DNA from: Balanoglossus misakiensis
Lineage: Eukaryota > Animalia > Hemichordata
Assembly: GCA_040954595.2 (NCBI GenBank)
Contig: CM082577.2
Location: forward strand, 3,243,703-3,307,702
Reading direction: 5' to 3'
Length of the DNA stretch: 64,000 nt
This document shows positions 51,409 through 64,000 of the stretch, one piece after another. The notes beneath the pieces were generated by a model. That model was given only the letters and a program-made list of their open reading frames with translations, was not told where the DNA came from and did no database searches. Position numbers and translations under genes: made by a program. Numbering within the stretch: position 1 is the first letter of the stretch; each line of letters begins with the position of its first letter.

Positions 51409-54400
51409 TGAGTGATTTTAGAAAAAAACATCTCGGAAAAAATCTTCGTGTTTATACAGGACGCACCATTAATTGAAATCATCGAAAATGTCAATTACAG
51501 GCGAAGGTATTATGAAAATTAAGTAATTATGTGAAACGACCACTCCTAAATACGATTTTGTTATTTGAGTTTATGGTAATTTAGGAACATATTTACTCGG
51601 GGAAAATGACATAAAAACAGCGAAAGCGTACCACGTGACCGTGTTGGCAGCGATGCCTGTTCTAATGTGGATTTGTGAGCAAGTTTAACAGAGTAACAGA
51701 ATGTTAACTTAATGTCTCAGTGCAGTAAAATTCTGGAAGCACCGCTTTTCTCTGGCGGATATAAAAAAAGTACAGGACCATAAAGTCGCGCAAAAATATA
51801 CCCTCGCGCAAATGATGCGTCTTTAGAGAAGAAGTGATCGCGATCGTAAATAGTTAGAGAGAAAGAGAATAGCGCTAAAAGGACGGTCATTAAAAACCAT
51901 GACAGAAGGGCGATATGCAAATGAGCTGCGATATGCTAACGATTTACTACGCGTCGAATAATCCGGATCCGCTGAGTGGAATGTGGGGGGATTTAGCGAG
52001 CAGAGATGAATTAACGAAAAAAATAAAACAGAAAAAAATGGACACACAGCTTTAACTTGATTTACTCGGGGCGAATTGGAAAGCGGCTATCAGCGAACAA
52101 AATCAAACCCCGCGAAGATTATGTATCGGATAACTTCGCTGCCTAAGCATGCGCAGATTGAGATATCAGCTCTTCAAGCGAGATAAAAAAAAATCAGAGC
52201 TTGCGCCCCTGGTTTCCCCGGTAGTTTTATTTGTCATTTTAAGTATCAAATAGTACCAGCAAAGATATGATTTATGGCGTGCATTAGTTCACCCCGATAG
52301 AATTGAATTAAATTTTCAATCTTTTTCGTCGGCGCTACTGGGACCCATATATCTACAAACAACATGCTGGAGGTTTTAATCCCCGATTCATGCAATTGCC
52401 TGTTTATGGATAAATTATGACGTTGTTCGCCGTCAGAAGGAGTCATTTAATCAACAAAAGCTTACGGGCACGTGCAGTGTTTGGCTAACGATGCGATAAT
52501 GAGCCAGGGTAGATGGGTAACGTTCCGAACGCATGGACGAAAGTCATCTATCAAAATTCCCCGAGTGTCAGTATATACGCAACGCCAGCTTTCCTGGCTA
52601 CACTAACTAACCGGTCTGAAATTATTCTATTCTTATGCTAATTGCGCCCACCGAAATAAAAACAGAGAACAGTCGGGTGACAAGTTAAGTCGTAATCTGG
52701 AATTTGGGGGGTTTCAAATGGAGACATCGCGTCACCGCTTTTTAATTACACGTATCACTCACCAGTGGTAATTTTTTTTATAGAAAACAAGAAATTGTCC
52801 AAGTATGTCGAGAATCTCACAACCCCAAATGCATTACAAATGCTTATAAACATGATTATGAATGATGAAAGTGGGTACTGCGGATGCAAAATTCAAATTT
52901 GACGGGGATATTTTGCTCCTATATGGATGGGTTGACGATAAAGGTGTTTCGCGCTCTCGTGTGACTTTGTTATCACGCGCGGTTAGGACGCGGGAACATT
53001 CTTACACTTTTTTTCAAATCTAGACCCGAAAGATCTGAAAAAGGAGTGTCACTGACAAGAAAATTTGGCGATGAAAATTGTCAGGCAAAATTCGTCTCTT
53101 CCGGCTGGTAAGTGTCGTGAAAAGATCGGCCTCAAATGGAGACATTATTTGACGTCATGCGTGCTAGCCACAAGTCGATCTACAATTTCATTCCGCATTA
53201 AACTTTCAAGTGCTCTTTGATCGAAGCGTTTAATTCGAACTTAACGTATCCCATTATGGTCGGAGCTCGGGTAAAATTGCATAAAAATGCATTTAGAATA
53301 CTCTTGTTTGGTTAGTATACATTGCCTTTTGTTGCCAGAAAAAGCTGCTCGCATTGTGAGCTGCAGCCGATATCATTATGCCTGTTTTCAAACACACGAT
53401 CACAAAAAAAAGTTTCGTTCTAAAAGCGCGCTGAATGGCAAATGCGTGTACCAGTTTCTTTTGATTGCGTTCAAAGCACTTGCATTCCCCGACACACACT
53501 TGCTTCAGACAACATTATTTTCTCGCCTTTTTCTCTCTTTTTCTTGCTTGTACCGATAAAGCCTCAAGGGCTTGATCGGCAGTGCAGTCTAATTCTCTTT
53601 TTTTTGCTGGTGGGGGAAGGGTCCGGTATCGATCCCCACGAAAATGACTCGGTGCATATAAACTATGAATGCCGCCCTAGAAACATTGGCGCGTTTACTT
53701 AGTTTCAAGGCGAAAGAAACATTTGGAATTTGAATTAATAGCGAATCGGACATGTTTACTTTATTGATCGCTTTCTATTAGCGCGAATTGTCGCTATATA
53801 ATAGTGAAAAGAAACAAATTAATAGGGCACAATGAAACGTTATCAAATTATAGCTCGCCTATAAGCTGACAACCTCCAATCTTGTATACCCATTGAATTA
53901 AGACTACCATCGCCTTAGCGGTTTACCTAATGACTTATAATCAGCAGAATTTTTTCTGGAGACGGTGTCTAATTGATATAAATTAAATTCTACTTTCTGC
54001 TGAGCTGGTTGTCTCGATCACATCAAACCAGCACGATGATTTAATTTTGCTACAATTAGGAAATTACTAAGTAAATTTAATTTACTGGACAAAGGGGGAA
54101 CTTACATTTTTTTTCCAAAAGGATTTGTTTGATTAAATAAGGCATTGTTAGGCGCGCTGTGTAGTGCGCTTTATTCAAATATCAATTTTGTCGACTTGTT
54201 TACCTGACTCACAGCAATTTCATCCAAAGTAAGGTTTTTTGTTTGCCGACTTTCGACGCGCCATCAATAATCACGCCCTTGCTGCCTGATTCTTCTTCCC
54301 CAACTCAGGAAAAGGCGGATCAAATAACGCGCTGGAGTTTAAAATAGCGAGCTCCAGTTTTTCCCCTTCTGTTGATATTATTTATCGATCCGTTTACCTG

Positions 54401-57400
54401 TTTCTGGTAAGAAATGTGTTCAATTTCAATCACGGCCGTGTCAGTTTCATTTCTAGCGCATCAGCATGTGTATCCTGGACTCCTCTCCCCATTATCACAG
54501 GGTGTGTATTTCCCGCCAAAATCGCCGGAATCGGACGGCAAACTGTGGCGGCAGCTGTTTATAGTCTGATCCATACTTTGGTGGGAAATGTCAAAAATAG
54601 TGTAACGCGTTTCACACGCCATGATGGGATAGACCTCTAAGTGTTTGATGGCGAACAAAGAGACGGAACGACAGCACCCCCCCCCCCCTCCGGACTACAA
54701 ACTGTACAAATTCAAGCAGGGATGCCACAGCATCGGCGTGGAGGGAGCGTTGACAAAACTTGTCATAAATAACAGTTCAAAAATGACAAGAAATACATTT
54801 AAAGAGCTAAGATTATGTATATGAACATGGGACACGCGCGCCATCTATACAATGATATCAAGAGAATAAGAATTTCTAAAATGCGTGTGTCTATTAATGG
54901 TTCTTCTGTATAAATCTTCATCTCATTATTAAGTTTTACAATGTGTACATGTACACCATAAGCTTATTATCTGTCGACTCCTTCATTTGCCGGCGATCTT
55001 CGTTGAACCAATGACTGCGATATTCTTCAAAGATCTTGCGAAAACAAAAAAAGCAGTAAAAGAAAACTACTTAAATAGAGCGGTTAACGGCGTTAGCGAA
55101 CGGTTCCCGCCTCGTTCTTTTCCCCCGCAAGTGGGTGAAATGTGGCCGACGTCAGTCCCGTTTTCAATCGCCCTAGGATATGCAAATTACGAGAGGAGAA
55201 GCGAGAGTATAAAGTTCGATTACAAATCTTTATCGTAAAAATCGGTACCCAGTTTATTTTTTCTCTAACATTTGGTGACCCGATTCGGGGTCGCCTGGGA
55301 CCGGCGAGCTCGTAACTTGTCGACGATAAAGTTCTGCCGTTTGGTTTTTACGATGATCACACCGCCGCTAATTGTGTATTTGTTTAAAGATGGTCATCGC
55401 GCCGACGCGGGAGAAAACGGCGCGAAGATAAAGACGCTGGGCAAGTGGGACCCTCGGTGTTGTTCATCACCCGGGAACAAATTTTGATTTGCGGCTCCTG
55501 GGGATTCGGCAGCCTATAATCAGTATCAGAAATGAATTTAGTTGTCTATAATTAAAGATTGCCATCACAGATTGCGACTGCGTAATTATCGTTCTCAGGT
55601 TGTGTGTGGTTTGGTATTTGCGTGTGTAGGCCTATGCGCGTGTTCGGTTCTCCCGACAAGCATTGCGAAATTAGGATGCAGGGAGAAAAAAGCCTCCGGA
55701 CGCTTAACAAATGCTATTCAATTTCTGTTAAATTTAACGTGGAAAAAGCGGCCATGAAAGAGTAATTACATCGGGGGTACGGGGAGCAATTGATTGAGAA
55801 ATTAAAACGCAAAAACAAATCTCCCGCGCGCTGCCTGTAGGCAATCTCTCCGCGCTATTCCCTACGCCAAGTCTGCACCGTCCCCAACGCAGACGCCCGG
55901 ACTCACCTGACTGCGTCGTTTGTTTTACAGCAGACTTCCGTGATTTCCACTTGCGTCAGTTGTCCGCGCGCCACGCCGCGCGTGTTGATACTAACCGGTG
56001 GCTTGGCGAAAAGAGAGAAAAAAAAGTCGGCGCCAAGTCTAATTTGGGCAAATATCGCCCGTGATTTCAGAAATATGCAAAATTTTATACGGTGCCGAAA
56101 GGTTAGATTATCAAGAACCGGTCTGTATATGGACGAGTGTTGTAATTGAATTACTGTGTGTCGGTCGGATTGAAATACCCCCGGAGCAAAGCAGCGCTTG
56201 TGTAATGCCGAAGCCAGTTTGAATATGGCAGGTAAATTACGTTTGTCAAAATTTCAAAATCTCATTAAGTCCTTGTAAATTTAAAGCGCCGGTCATTCCT
56301 CCGAGGGAAGGGGTCAACCTCGATCGCTTTTGTTTCTAGCCTTGCATAAAACGCCGTTGAATGCTTTAGAAATCGATACATTAATAATCTTCAATGTGAA
56401 TTATCTTTACTACTGGGAGGTGGGATTCATGTAGAATATGCCTGCATGGCTGTCTTCATTTTCCATACAGAGTGTTGAAAACCTTCGGCGTTTCCTTATA
56501 ACTGCAATATAACGAAAGCACACGAGGTGTGCACATTCGCTTTGTTCATATCACCAGCGCGCACTCGCAATGGTAAGATAAGACGATGGGCTTTGACTCG
56601 CGCTTGCGTCAAATATTATGTTTATATTAAAACATATTTTATTTACCCCCGAACATGTTTTCTAAAATGTCACTTGATCTGCTTAACCTGTCACAACTCA
56701 ATCATTGGAGTCGGCCACTTTGTCTTCAGGTTGCCATACTAGGGGTGACACCCCCTGTCGGAGGCAGTTAAACTGCCTGACACATACACAGGTATCTGTA
56801 TAGCAACAACTGACTTGCTGGTGGAAAAAGGGCGTTTGGTGGTGGAAATTGTCCCTGGAACTAATCGACGACCGAGTGAATATTATGCATCGTGTGGTTG
56901 TCAGGGACTCGGCAAATCTTGGAAATTTAATAAAGTATGCGAGACATTTCGAGCCATGACTTTTTAACTGTTTTAACAAAGGCGTCAAACCATATACCTC
57001 TATGCCAACAAAGCTTCCGCATATGATACCCAATAAAGCGGCAGATTGTAATTGAAATAGAGAAAGTTGCTGGCGCTGGACAAACAGATCCCTTCGATTC
57101 GTCCCCGATGCGAAGATGGTAAATTCGTAACTCGATCCCGCTTTCCATCACTCTGACAGCCGACACCGTGTCACGTACTCGGTCTGTTTGGCCAAGAAAT
57201 GGCGTGAAAATATTGAGTTTGGTCATGTATCCCGTTGAGTTCGTCACACCGACGTTATTGTGTAGGCACCGAGCGTTGCCACATTCGGACCGAAAATCGA
57301 TGATGTCACGTCAAATTCATAACGGGTCGCAATCGCAATCAATGGAAGTAACACCTCGCACAAATGAATGCTTGAAGTGCATGCCTCCCCGCGATTCTTT

Positions 57401-60400
57401 TCAAAGTAAACGTTTTAAACGTCGACATGAACATTTCCAGGCGCGCTGATTTGCCTGACAGATGCGTCCTTGTGTGTCATTTGGGGCGCTATCCAGACCA
57501 ACTAGACATGCATAAAATTCCAAAAGCCAATCTGAAGTTGGCGGGTTGTTTTTCTTTTACGAACGTCGTCTGCGTCGTCTGGAACACAGCTCGAGATGTC
57601 GTTGATTTGCTATGATGCTCGAAATTAATTGACGAACTTCAATGCTTTGTGATAGGCAAACATCAATAGATTATATGTAAACTGCACTGCCAGGTAGTTT
57701 TTGCAGTCTGAAAGGTTATCTCTTTAACCAGTTGAATTTCACCTATCGACGAGAATTTACATACTGATTGACAGATAATCATGATTCTATTCATTTTTTC
57801 CATTGCACACGGCGTCGAAGTGACTCTGACATCCGGGGCACAGGCGGAAGTTAGGTGCAATGTAGGACCCCCCCCCCCAACCCGTCGAGCGAACGCTCTG
57901 GCGTTGTGAAAATTAACAATGCCAACTATATGTCGCCGTTAACAGATTCCTTGTTGGTGCAGTAGGATAAACGAGGTTTCCCCAGGGGTCGAGACACGTA
58001 CACGACCTTGAATGTCAATAATGAGAGTCGTCACCTGCCTTGAACTTGAGCATGAAAGACAGACTGCACATGTGATTTTGTTGTTGTTTTAGGAATGTTG
58101 TTATGTGCACCAACAATCGTTTAGCTCCACTACCACGTAAATATTCTAATCTCCTAATGTATTAAATATTCCTGATATCTTGCGCGTGCGTACCAACGCG
58201 AGAATTCGTCAAGTTTCAACTTTAAGACAAACGGATTTATTGGCGACTCGGACACTTAAGAATCATAATGATGTCATTGTGACCGTCTCTGCTGTCTGTT
58301 GCTATATGATGTTGAAATATCGTCAAACATCTTTAATGCAAGAATTTTCTGCCTCATTTTGATCCCTGCTGAGAGCAAAATCAAAAGCTCCGACGGCGCG
58401 CTTTCCGTATTACGCAAAGCCATCCGTATAAGATTCTTCGTTGTTTTAATTTGTATCATAAGCACTCTCTGTCCGTTCTGGGAAAACCAGAATCGCGCAC
58501 TGGGCTGTTCAGAACACCGATTATTTGATCTTCATGGGGCAAAATAATCCTTCGGGGTTCCGGGAATCTATAACCGGGCAGTTTGTCAACAACATTTCTC
58601 CTTCCGACGCAGTGCATGTCAAAAAAAAAGACGGGCGGCATATATCCCCTGTTGGCCGCAAGCGCCGCGATCGCGGCATATGTATCCGTTAAGCCCGAAG
58701 ATTTGCTCTCGAGATTTTCGGCATTACGCTTCCCGCTGTATCCTGTCAATCAAATTCCCCAAATCTGCGCTGAGTGAATTGAAATTGACAACGGGCCACC
58801 GACTTGAAAGTCTGCCTGCGTGCGTGCTGGCCGGCGTCGACGGGGGAAATCTCGCTCTTTTCCCCGTACGCCAGGACGAAGCTATAGTAAACGCAAATAT
58901 ATGAGGTCGCATAATCGAGAGGGAGAACACTAATGAAAAGAAATCTTGTCCGCGAATGTCAATATCTATATAGTTCACTTTTCCTAAGAAGAAGTTATCA
59001 TCATAGACAAATGGTTGTTATCGTCATTAGATACCTGTATAGTGACTCTGATTCTATTCCGCTGATGTAATGGTGACGTCAAGCCGTCTGTTGGCCTTTC
59101 TTCCTCCGGTGGCGGGGAGTTGAAATCTGAGGTGTTTTTCGAGTTCATCGAGGGCGAGTTTTACGTCAAGCCATCGCGAGATCAATAGAGAGCCACGACT
59201 AGACAAGTTTACTTCATGGCTGCCACTGCGACTCGACGGTATTTAAGTCGTTCATGGAACGGTCAGGGTGAAGTGTGGTCGATGAACTATCGAAAAGTTT
59301 CGGCGATTCTAAAACTAAATTATTCAAAAGGCACACACCAGCTAAAAAGTAAATGACCCGGTCCAGAGTTACCGTGGGATAGTTTCGAAAACTGACTTGT
59401 GTGTGTTGATCAAATAAACCCAATTTTGTTGTTTTCTCGTAAATAATCTGTTGAATCTCCAAGATGAATTACAAGATGATCGAAGTAACTTGACTGCGAT
59501 CCCCACAGAAAAAACTGACTACAGACACAAATCTGTAAACGACTGGTCCTAATCGGATCCGTATCGCATTTTTATTCCAAACCGTTTTTAGTGAAGGCAA
59601 ATTTGTGGGACACACACCTACTGTAGTGTGATTTTGAGGTACACGGTTCTGCACGACAACGCAAGGGCGGGAAAAAGTTCAACTGGCATCGTGATTTAAT
59701 TTCATTTAACCGCAATTGCTTTGTGATGGCAATCACGTGACGATCTTCGCCCTCCAGACGACTGCAGTTACTCATATTATGTTAGACCTCAATACCATAT
59801 TACCCCATTAGCGATTACGTCAGAACGATCCCATCGATTTGTTTGGCCTTCACAATGTCTTGAATTGGTGCATATAGATGATTTGAGTTGTCTGGCGCGA
59901 GTTGATACAGCATACAGTGGGGCAACCTTAGTTATAAAGAAAGAAAGAATGGAAATGAAAGATTGAAATATGTCCTTCAGCAAACACCGAGCATTACCTG
60001 CTTTGAAAATGTAAACAGCCATACAACCTGTTTAACATGAATACACGCAATGTATTCAGAATTTCACCCATTTCCATTTGTTGAAGTGTTTATCTCCATA
60101 CTGTCTTTTTGAACGACACTATATGCAGCAGCGGTCAGACATAACATACATTCACCAAAAAACCAGCACTGACACACAGTTATATTGTTGCCAGTATTGC
60201 ACATTGAACTTGTAATAATTATATTTGTTCCCCACGCCAACTTCCTGACTGATGGTTGTAATACTTGGCCTCCTGACCTCGCAAAAAGTCAAATACGAAA
60301 TTAATTGATTCAGACGGAGAACGACATTGTTAGGGGTCGGATATAGACATCAAAATTAATTCATCGAAGTGTTGCTGAATTGCAAAACATTTGACACTAC

Positions 60401-61812
60401 AGGAGATAATGTGAAAACAAATGCATAAAAATATATGGTGATTTTTGTAACTAAGGGATTAAGTGAACAAGTGAAGTAAAAGCAGTCGGGCTGTTACCGG
60501 AGTCTGACCGAGAACGTATACAATTGAATGAGTTAATGTGGGTGTTCGGACCAAATTTGGTTTCCCGCCAATCTTCGGTTACACAGAAATGGCGTGTTTG
60601 TGCACGTCTTCATATAGAATCAGGATACCTGGGAAATCGTGAAAAACCTGCAACTTCTCTTTTCAACAACTGACCCTGCTGTAAAGTACATGTGACTTGA
60701 TAAACCTATTCATCCGGCTTCAAAGAGAAAATGGCGGTTAACATTTTGAAAATAGGCGTAGTTCCACCAACCGGTTGGCATCGTGAGAAGATAGCGTGTT
60801 GGACTTCCCGCCTGAAAGTACTGCCGCATGTGATCTGCTTGAAAAATAAAAATTCGTGTTATCATCAACGTGCATTGTTCCAAAAAAACTTTAGAAGTCG
60901 ATTGCGCGGCGAACTTCTCGACATTAAACCAATGGGTTTGGTCATTTCAGGGGCAAGTCTTGTTGCGTTTTCAAAAGGTGAGTGCCAGCTGACTTGAAAT
61001 CAGAAGTCGTCTGCAGCGTACCAGTGCAGCTCAAGCGAAAACCACTGACCATCTAATCCCATGCAAACGATATTCCCCCAGGAACCAGATTACGGCCGTG
61101 TGTTCTCCTAAAAAAACGATTGACTGTGGCGTATTAGGCAAAAGGTTAAACATCTCCCTGTCAAAAGGATAGCGTTGGTTTCTTTCATTTAGAGTTTCTC
61201 AGCTAAATTAAACGTTTCCTCGAGATGGCGAAATGCCTGGTGGTATGATTCAAATTGTTTAAACGCAAAAGAAATAGCGTTATTAATAACGCTATCTAAT
61301 AGATTTCGTTTTTCTTCTTCTTTTGATTTGAACCCACAAACAATAGTATTCCCTCGACGCGGAAGGACTGTGGCATACAGACGTGTTTTGGCTTGGTACC
61401 AGACGCAGACAGACGTGAGAAGACTTCTGCGGGTCACAGAAAAGTGCTGATACAGTTCTATGCCGGGCGGGCGAGCGGGGGCCGTCTGTGGTGACGTCAT
61501 GCCTGCTTGGCGGGTAGAAAAAATATTACCTGTTATTTTACCTCTTCGCTGACACATTTAATGACAGTGCGGTTTGTGGATCGGTTAATCTCGGTTGACC
61601 GGTTGATTGAAGTTGACCGGTTGATTGATCGATTGGTACGATGTTGTGATTCGGCAGTGGACTGATCGGCAGACCGGTAAAAATTATCCATTTTTATTCA
61701 TTGGTCGATTCATTTATTTATACATTTAGTATTTATTAATATGTCAATAAATTACTGATTGAGTGGCCCCCACAGATAGATCGATTCGTTGCAGATTCTT
61801 AGACACCGGTAA

Positions 61813-61981
61813 ATTCATTCATTCATTCATTCATTCATTCATTCATTCATTCATTCATTCATTCGTTCGTGCATTCACTCACTCACTCACTCACTCACTC
61901 ACTCACTCACTCACTCACTCACTCATTCATTCATACATTCATTCATTCTTTCACTCATTCACGCATCCATTCATTCATTTC
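61813..61981. repeat. Compound (ATTC)n/(ACTC)n microsatellite
   Basis: attcattcattc...actcactcactc...attcattc seen directly. Confidence 0.92.
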
Positions 61982-62070
61982 AGTCTACACTACTCTTTCA
62001 TTTTGCGATGTATCACTTTTCTCTGAAACTATTGCATTTTGATTGGGATCTTGGTTGCCGGGTATGTAGG

Positions 62071-62125
62071 TGACTGACTGACCTGACCTGACCTGACCTG
62101 ACCTGAGTAACTGACTGACTGACTG
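62071..62125. repeat. (TGAC)n/(TGACC)n microsatellite
   Basis: tgactgactgacctgacctgacctgacctgacctga...ctgactgactgactg. Confidence 0.8.
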
Positions 62126-64000
62126 CAATAAAGGAAAGGCTAGTCATGTACCCGGCTGTTTACTTACCCCCTCTCTCCATCTCTGGCATTGTGGATCCAC
62201 TGGTAAACCAACAGAATCATGGGTTAGCGGTCTGCTGGCAATACAAATGACAGTAACCAATAACAAGGATCTCGGCGACAACGTTATCATTAGTTTCAAA
62301 CCCTGGTCAGAAAAAAAAATTACATCCGGTTTCATTTTTCAGGGCCAAGGGAAGTAAGTGAAATTTACTGAAATCAAAATCAAAACTGATCCTGCGAGAT
62401 CAGATGGAAATGCTTGGTTTAACTAATAGGGAACTGTGATCGTTTATTCGTCAGTCAAAACAGTGCCCGGGGCCTGAAGCCCCTCACGACAAAGTGGGGA
62501 GATTACTCACTCCCGTTTGTTTCAAATCTCCAATTAGCAAATTTTGCCGGGGAAATGGAATCGTTGATCCGAATCTCTCGCCGTGCCCCGAGCGCTCCGA
62601 CGTCACGGCGGAACAACGGACTGAAAAAACAACATCGGCAGGGGCGAAGTCACCGACTGTGAAACCTACCCAGGAGTCATACGGCCACACTACGGCAGAT
62701 ACAAAACCGGGCGTATAGACGTCGCCCCGTGTGGATGCCGCGGCTCGCTCGCGCGCGTTGGCCGATATTGATATTCTGGTTGGTTTTTCGACTGATTTGG
62801 CGAGCGAGGGGTTAGGGGTATTTGGGGAATACTCCATTCGGCGCACATTTGTCAACAGACTCGGCGCGGAATGGAGAAAAATTGGCACCAAATGAAGGGA
62901 ATGCCTTGATCGATTTTTTTTTGTCTGGAAACAAATTTTGCTACACGTCTCTGTCCATTGATCCCCTGGTACCCATCGGCCGCAAACACCAGATGTGTAC
63001 CGCTCCGCCAAGAGCCGTCAAGCTATAACCAGTCAAATTGTCATTTCTGTTTAACTCCGCCGATTTATTATGAATATTTTCAATTAATTATCGCGCGCGG
63101 ACCAGGGCGGTTGGCAAGGTCCGTTTAAGAATAATTAGTTATATTAATTTCAGCATTGTTATGCAACCTTTGCCAGCCCTGGACAATGAGGTGACACCGA
63201 GCATAGAGTGTGCAAAGAATCGGTTAATTGCATCGTGAAAATATTGTGAAAGCCGCGTCGAACGTTTTCACTGCGCCCCTTGACTGGGTAAACACTGAAT
63301 TATGCATGTAGTTTTCATTCTAACAAAATAATCTTACATTAAATAAATAATTACGATATTAAATAATGATAACAAACGTGTATGGCGAAAACTGCAAACG
63401 TGTGTTTCACTTTCAAACTAGAAAGACGGCAGGTCACACTCCATAACCTGTGACACGCTTCGCTCTTTTTCATGTCTGGGAAGTAACTTTAATATTCCAA
63501 CCAAAACGCCGAATGAGAAAACGCCAAGTTGTTGCGTAGTTGTTATAACCTCCATCACCTATTAAAAGGTCGTTAATTGCGTTGATTAAATCGTTAAAAC
63601 GCACTTGAAAATCTTTCGAGTGCTCTTAAGTTTCAATAGGAAATTAGGTTTATTTTATAATGATTTAACAAGTTATTAATCCCGGTCCTATGCCTTTTGA
63701 GCGGATGAAATAAAATAAAATAAACTGTTTAATATAGTCTTACTTTGCAGTTTTATTTTTAATTGACCACCCTGCATATTGTGACAGCGTTAATTTCCGC
63801 CACCATGACAGTTTTGTTGATAGTTTTTCAATAGAAAATCGCTCGTTTTTGTCGCGGGGATGTAATAGAATATTTATTTGCGGTGCAGAAATAGCGGGGA
63901 CAAACAGGCAGCCGATCGACCTGGCTCTCAGAATGTTTGAAATGTATCGCATCCTGGAAGTGTACAGGAAATTAAAGCGTGTCGTATCTGTCGTTAACTG

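Noticed and set aside
62484-63011. 175-aa minus-strand ORF in a GC-rich patch
   Set aside because: Non-ATG start, no recognisable motif and no convincing splice partners. It cannot be supported without BLASTX or RNA-seq.

Overview
Intron-containing animal (invertebrate) genomic DNA with GT-AG spliced genes, all on the + strand. The taxon cannot be fixed from the sequence. Most ORFs in the supplied track are spurious; the real genes were rebuilt by hand from splice sites. (1) 0.17-9.2 kb: a tandem array of at least five small secreted proteins. Each has one 10-cysteine domain with the spacing of a TGF-beta/BMP type I receptor ectodomain (three-finger fold, CxCx3C..CxTxGxC..GC..C..CCx4CN), but no transmembrane, GPI or kinase part. 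Their low-complexity tails differ between copies. (2) 12.7-18.9 kb and 26.4-27.7 kb: two paralogous secreted proteins, each a single GDNF-receptor-alpha/GAS1 cysteine-rich domain. (3) 20.0-25.8 kb: a highly homogeneous ~545-bp tandem repeat (~10.6 copies) with a 31-bp palindrome per unit. (4) 29.0-34.3 kb: an intact 18-exon proteinase K-like subtilase with an I9 propeptide. (5) 39.1-45.3 kb: a Uncx/unc-4-like PRD-class homeobox gene with an OAR motif. (6) 45.4-64 kb: no recognisable coding sequence. The main candidate for a new system is the 34-kb block of secreted, anchor-less receptor-ectodomain mini-proteins from two unrelated receptor families, next to a secreted protease.
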